DNA of 32,944 bases from Minisyncoccota bacterium. GTDB lineage: Bacteria; Patescibacteriota; Minisyncoccia; UBA6257; JAGOQP01. Within the stretch, counting starts at the first letter, position 1; every line of letters begins with the position of its first letter. The DNA lies in NCBI GenBank assembly GCA_036170035.1, contig JAVHOK010000048.1, positions 1 through 32,944 on the forward strand, written 5' to 3'. The translations under genes and the position numbers were made by a program. The notes under the pieces are model-generated. The model did no database searches. It saw nothing but the letters and a program-made list of their open reading frames with translations, and was not told where the DNA came from. This document shows positions 30,891 to 32,944 of the stretch, piece after piece.

Positions 30891-32120
30891 CTATTCGTAT
30901 CTAAGAGCTTCCATTGGGCTTTTTTTGGAGGCCTGTCTAGCTGGAAATATTCCAAATATAAATCCAATTGCGCTAGAGACAAAAACTCCCCAAAATGCAC
31001 CTTGATACGAAAAAGCAAACGGAAAATTTAGTCCAGCAAAAGCAGTAACGGCATAAGAAGCTATAAAACTAAGTAATGTTCCTAAAATAATCCCTATAAT
31101 TCCTCCGGTGATTGTTAATAAAACAGCTTCAGTTAAAAATTGCATTAAAATATTTTTATTAGTGGCTCCAATGGCTTTTCGTAATCCAATTTCCCTAGTT
31201 CTTTCTGTGACAGAAACTAGCATAATATTCATAATTCCAATTCCTCCGACAACTAATGAAATGGCGGCCACGGATGTTAATAGTATGGTTAAAATAGTAG
31301 TAACTGTCCCAATGGTTGAGGCTAACTCTTCTAATGTTCTTACAGAAAAATCGTCTTTATCGGGATTATCTATGTTATGATTATTTCTTAAAACTATTTT
31401 TGTATCTTTAATCATATTTTGTAGAGTTTCTTGACTAGAGGCAACCATAACAAATTGAGTGAAATGTTTTGTTCCGGTGATATATTGTTGAGCAGTTGTG
31501 TATGGCAAAATAATATTCTCGTCCATACTAACAGCGGAAGATCCTTTGTTTTTTAAAACCCCAATAACTTTATAGTTTTTTTCTTTAATCTTTACTTTTT
31601 GACCAACAGCAGTTGATTCACCAAATAATTTTTCTTTAACCTTGCCCCCTAATACAACAATTTGGCTTTTAAAATCCACATCGGTACTGGAAAAAAAATC
31701 TCCCTCTTGCATTTCTAAATTAAAACCCTTAAGAGCTTTTTCTGTTGTTCCCGCTACTTTTTTTGTTTGGACTTCATTTTCATAAGAAATAGTGGCAGCT
31801 CCAGAAACAAAAGGAATAACATCTACTGCGTCAGGGACATTGTTTTTGTTTTGTAAATCTTCATAATCCTTTTGTTTTAATGAATCCAAAAATAATGTAG
31901 CAGCTGAAAATCCCGCTTCTCTTCCTGGTAAAACAAAGACATTATTTGGGCCCAAACTTTGGATTTGTCCAACAATAAGTTGTTGAGCGCTTTGGCCAAT
32001 AGACATAACCAGCATAATAGAAGCAATGCCAATAACAATACCCAAAATTGTCAAAAATGATCTTGACTTATGAGTAGAGAGTCCAATAATGGACATTTTA
32101 AAAGTATCTTTTAATCTCAT
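30891..32120 (-). CDS. MacB-type ABC transporter permease (FtsX-like domain with periplasmic MacB_PCD)
   Basis: 409 aa: an N-terminal TM helix, a large extracytoplasmic domain, then three C-terminal TM helices with LRKAIGAT. The start overlaps the stop of the upstream ATPase gene by 1-2 nt. Confidence 0.85.
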   Translation of the reverse strand: MRLKDTFKMSIIGLSTHKSRSFLTILGIVIGIASIMLVMSIGQSAQQLIVGQIQSLGPNNVFVLPGREAGFSAATLFLDSLKQKDYEDLQNKNNVPDAVDVIPFVSGAATISYENEVQTKKVAGTTEKALKGFNLEMQEGDFFSSTDVDFKSQIVVLGGKVKEKLFGESTAVGQKVKIKEKNYKVIGVLKNKGSSAVSMDENIILPYTTAQQYITGTKHFTQFVMVASSQETLQNMIKDTKIVLRNNHNIDNPDKDDFSVRTLEELASTIGTVTTILTILLTSVAAISLVVGGIGIMNIMLVSVTERTREIGLRKAIGATNKNILMQFLTEAVLLTITGGIIGIILGTLLSFIASYAVTAFAGLNFPFAFSYQGAFWGVFVSSAIGFIFGIFPARQASKKSPMEALRYE

Positions 32121-32121
32121 A

Positions 32122-32850
32122 TTATTTTATAAAACCATCTTTAGAAATTAGTCTTCTATTTTGGACTTTTTCATCTTTGTCTATTTTCCCGTCTTTAATA
32201 TGAATAATCCTTTCGGCTGATTGGGCGACATACATTTCATGTGTAACAATTATTATAGTGTTTCCTTTTTGACGATGAAGGTTCTGTAAAAACTCAAGAA
32301 TAATTGCTCCTGACTTAGAATCTAAATTACCAGTTGGTTCATCGGCAAAAATTATTTTTGGACTTCTAACAAGAGCTCTGGCAATAGCTACCCTTTGTTT
32401 TTGTCCTCCAGAAAGATTAGATGCTTTAAAATTCAATCTATCTGATAACCCGACTAAATCAATCATTTCTTTTGAAATTTCATTTATTTTATGGTCTGAT
32501 GTGTCTGAATAAATCAATGGTAATTTGACGTTTTCTAAAACACTTAATCTTGGTAACAAATTAAAAGCCTGAAAAACAAAACCCATTTTTTCTCCTCTGA
32601 TTTTAGCTATTTCATCGTCTGTGTATTTTGTAATTTCTTTTCCTTCAAAATAATACTCCCCAGATGTTGGTCTATCTAAGCAACCAAGGATTTGCATCAG
32701 GGTTGATTTACCAGATCCAGATGGGCCAATAATTGCAACAAATTCGCCCTCTTTTATTTCAAGATCTGTTTTATCTAAGGCAATAGTTTCATCGTCACCT
32801 ATCTCTTTATAAATTTTGGATAAATTTTTTGTTTGAATTAAAATACTCAA
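32122..32850 (-). CDS. MacB/LolD-type ABC transporter ATP-binding protein
   Basis: Walker [13 protein letters not shown]-loop, signature [15 protein letters not shown], Walker [14 protein letters not shown]-loop VTHE. Confidence 0.9.
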   Translation of the reverse strand: MSILIQTKNLSKIYKEIGDDETIALDKTDLEIKEGEFVAIIGPSGSGKSTLMQILGCLDRPTSGEYYFEGKEITKYTDDEIAKIRGEKMGFVFQAFNLLPRLSVLENVKLPLIYSDTSDHKINEISKEMIDLVGLSDRLNFKASNLSGGQKQRVAIARALVRSPKIIFADEPTGNLDSKSGAIILEFLQNLHRQKGNTIIIVTHEMYVAQSAERIIHIKDGKIDKDEKVQNRRLISKDGFIK

Positions 32851-32861
32851 TGTTTTGTCAA

Positions 32862-32944
32862 TTAATTTGTTAAAATTCTATCCCCTTCTTTGAGATTTGA
32901 GACAATTTCTGTTCTTCCATCAGATCCTCTTAAGCCAACAATAA
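32862..32944 (-). CDS. 3' end of a periplasmic adaptor (MacA/HlyD-family membrane-fusion protein), truncated by the window edge
   Basis: The minus-strand frame reads IVGLRGSDGRTEIVSNLKEGDRILTN*, which matches the usual adaptor C-terminus (G-x-x-D-G-x-x-x-E-I-x-x-G-L-K-E-G-D-x-I/V). It is directly upstream of the ABC ATPase. Confidence 0.5.
   Translation of the reverse strand, partial: IVGLRGSDGRTEIVSNLKEGDRILTN

Noticed and set aside
1-32944. CRISPR array or other regularly spaced repeats
   Set aside because: The repeat families found (19-mer, 16-mer, 53-mer) occur at scattered intergenic sites with no constant repeat-spacer periodicity. No cas genes are present.
1-32944. Alternative genetic code (UGA reassignment, as in some CPR lineages)
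   Set aside because: RF2, which reads UGA, is encoded. Well-supported genes such as ychF and the T4CP-like ATPase terminate at TGA at the expected length. No conserved gene needs TGA read-through.

Overview
This is an AT-rich, gene-dense window with short intergenic spacers. Its gene set looks like a reduced-genome Patescibacteria/CPR-type bacterium; that is inference from gene content and composition, with no search run. The standard genetic code is supported: RF2 is present and TGA ends several well-supported ORFs.

Most of the window is housekeeping:
- Translation and RNA modification: tyrS, ychF, prfB, truB, fmt, def, rplI, rpmA, dus, an ABC-F ATPase, tRNA-Thr(CGT) and tRNA-Gln(CTG).
- Division and envelope: ftsE, ftsX, an EnvC-like M23 peptidase, an S41 C-terminal protease and two GT-C glycosyltransferases.
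- Transport: a MacAB-type ABC efflux operon.
- Accessory-looking genes: a VirD4/TraD-like ATPase, an EEP nuclease/phosphatase, a PolB-exo-like exonuclease, a PD-(D/E)XK nuclease, a repeat-containing surface protein, a Fe/Mn SOD-like protein and many small hypothetical proteins.

I found no rRNA, CRISPR array, transposase, integrase or reverse transcriptase.

The most unusual signals are at the nucleotide level:
1. A dispersed repeat family depleted in cytosine on one strand, built on the core AAGTAATAAGTAAAAGGTA. Three of its five loci sit just 3' of genes. One locus lies in a 158-nt cytosine-free tract.
2. A 53-bp direct repeat (52/53 identical) with a perfect extended -10 box. It flanks an ArsR-like HTH gene that is wedged into the otherwise conserved def-fmt pair.
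3. A tRNA-Gln gene preceded by a rearranged 5'-half copy of itself. The same locus shows that the listed N-terminus of the EEP ORF is really translated tRNA.
4. A 44-nt perfect palindrome upstream of tyrS.

All functional calls come from motif recognition by eye and need HMM or BLAST confirmation.
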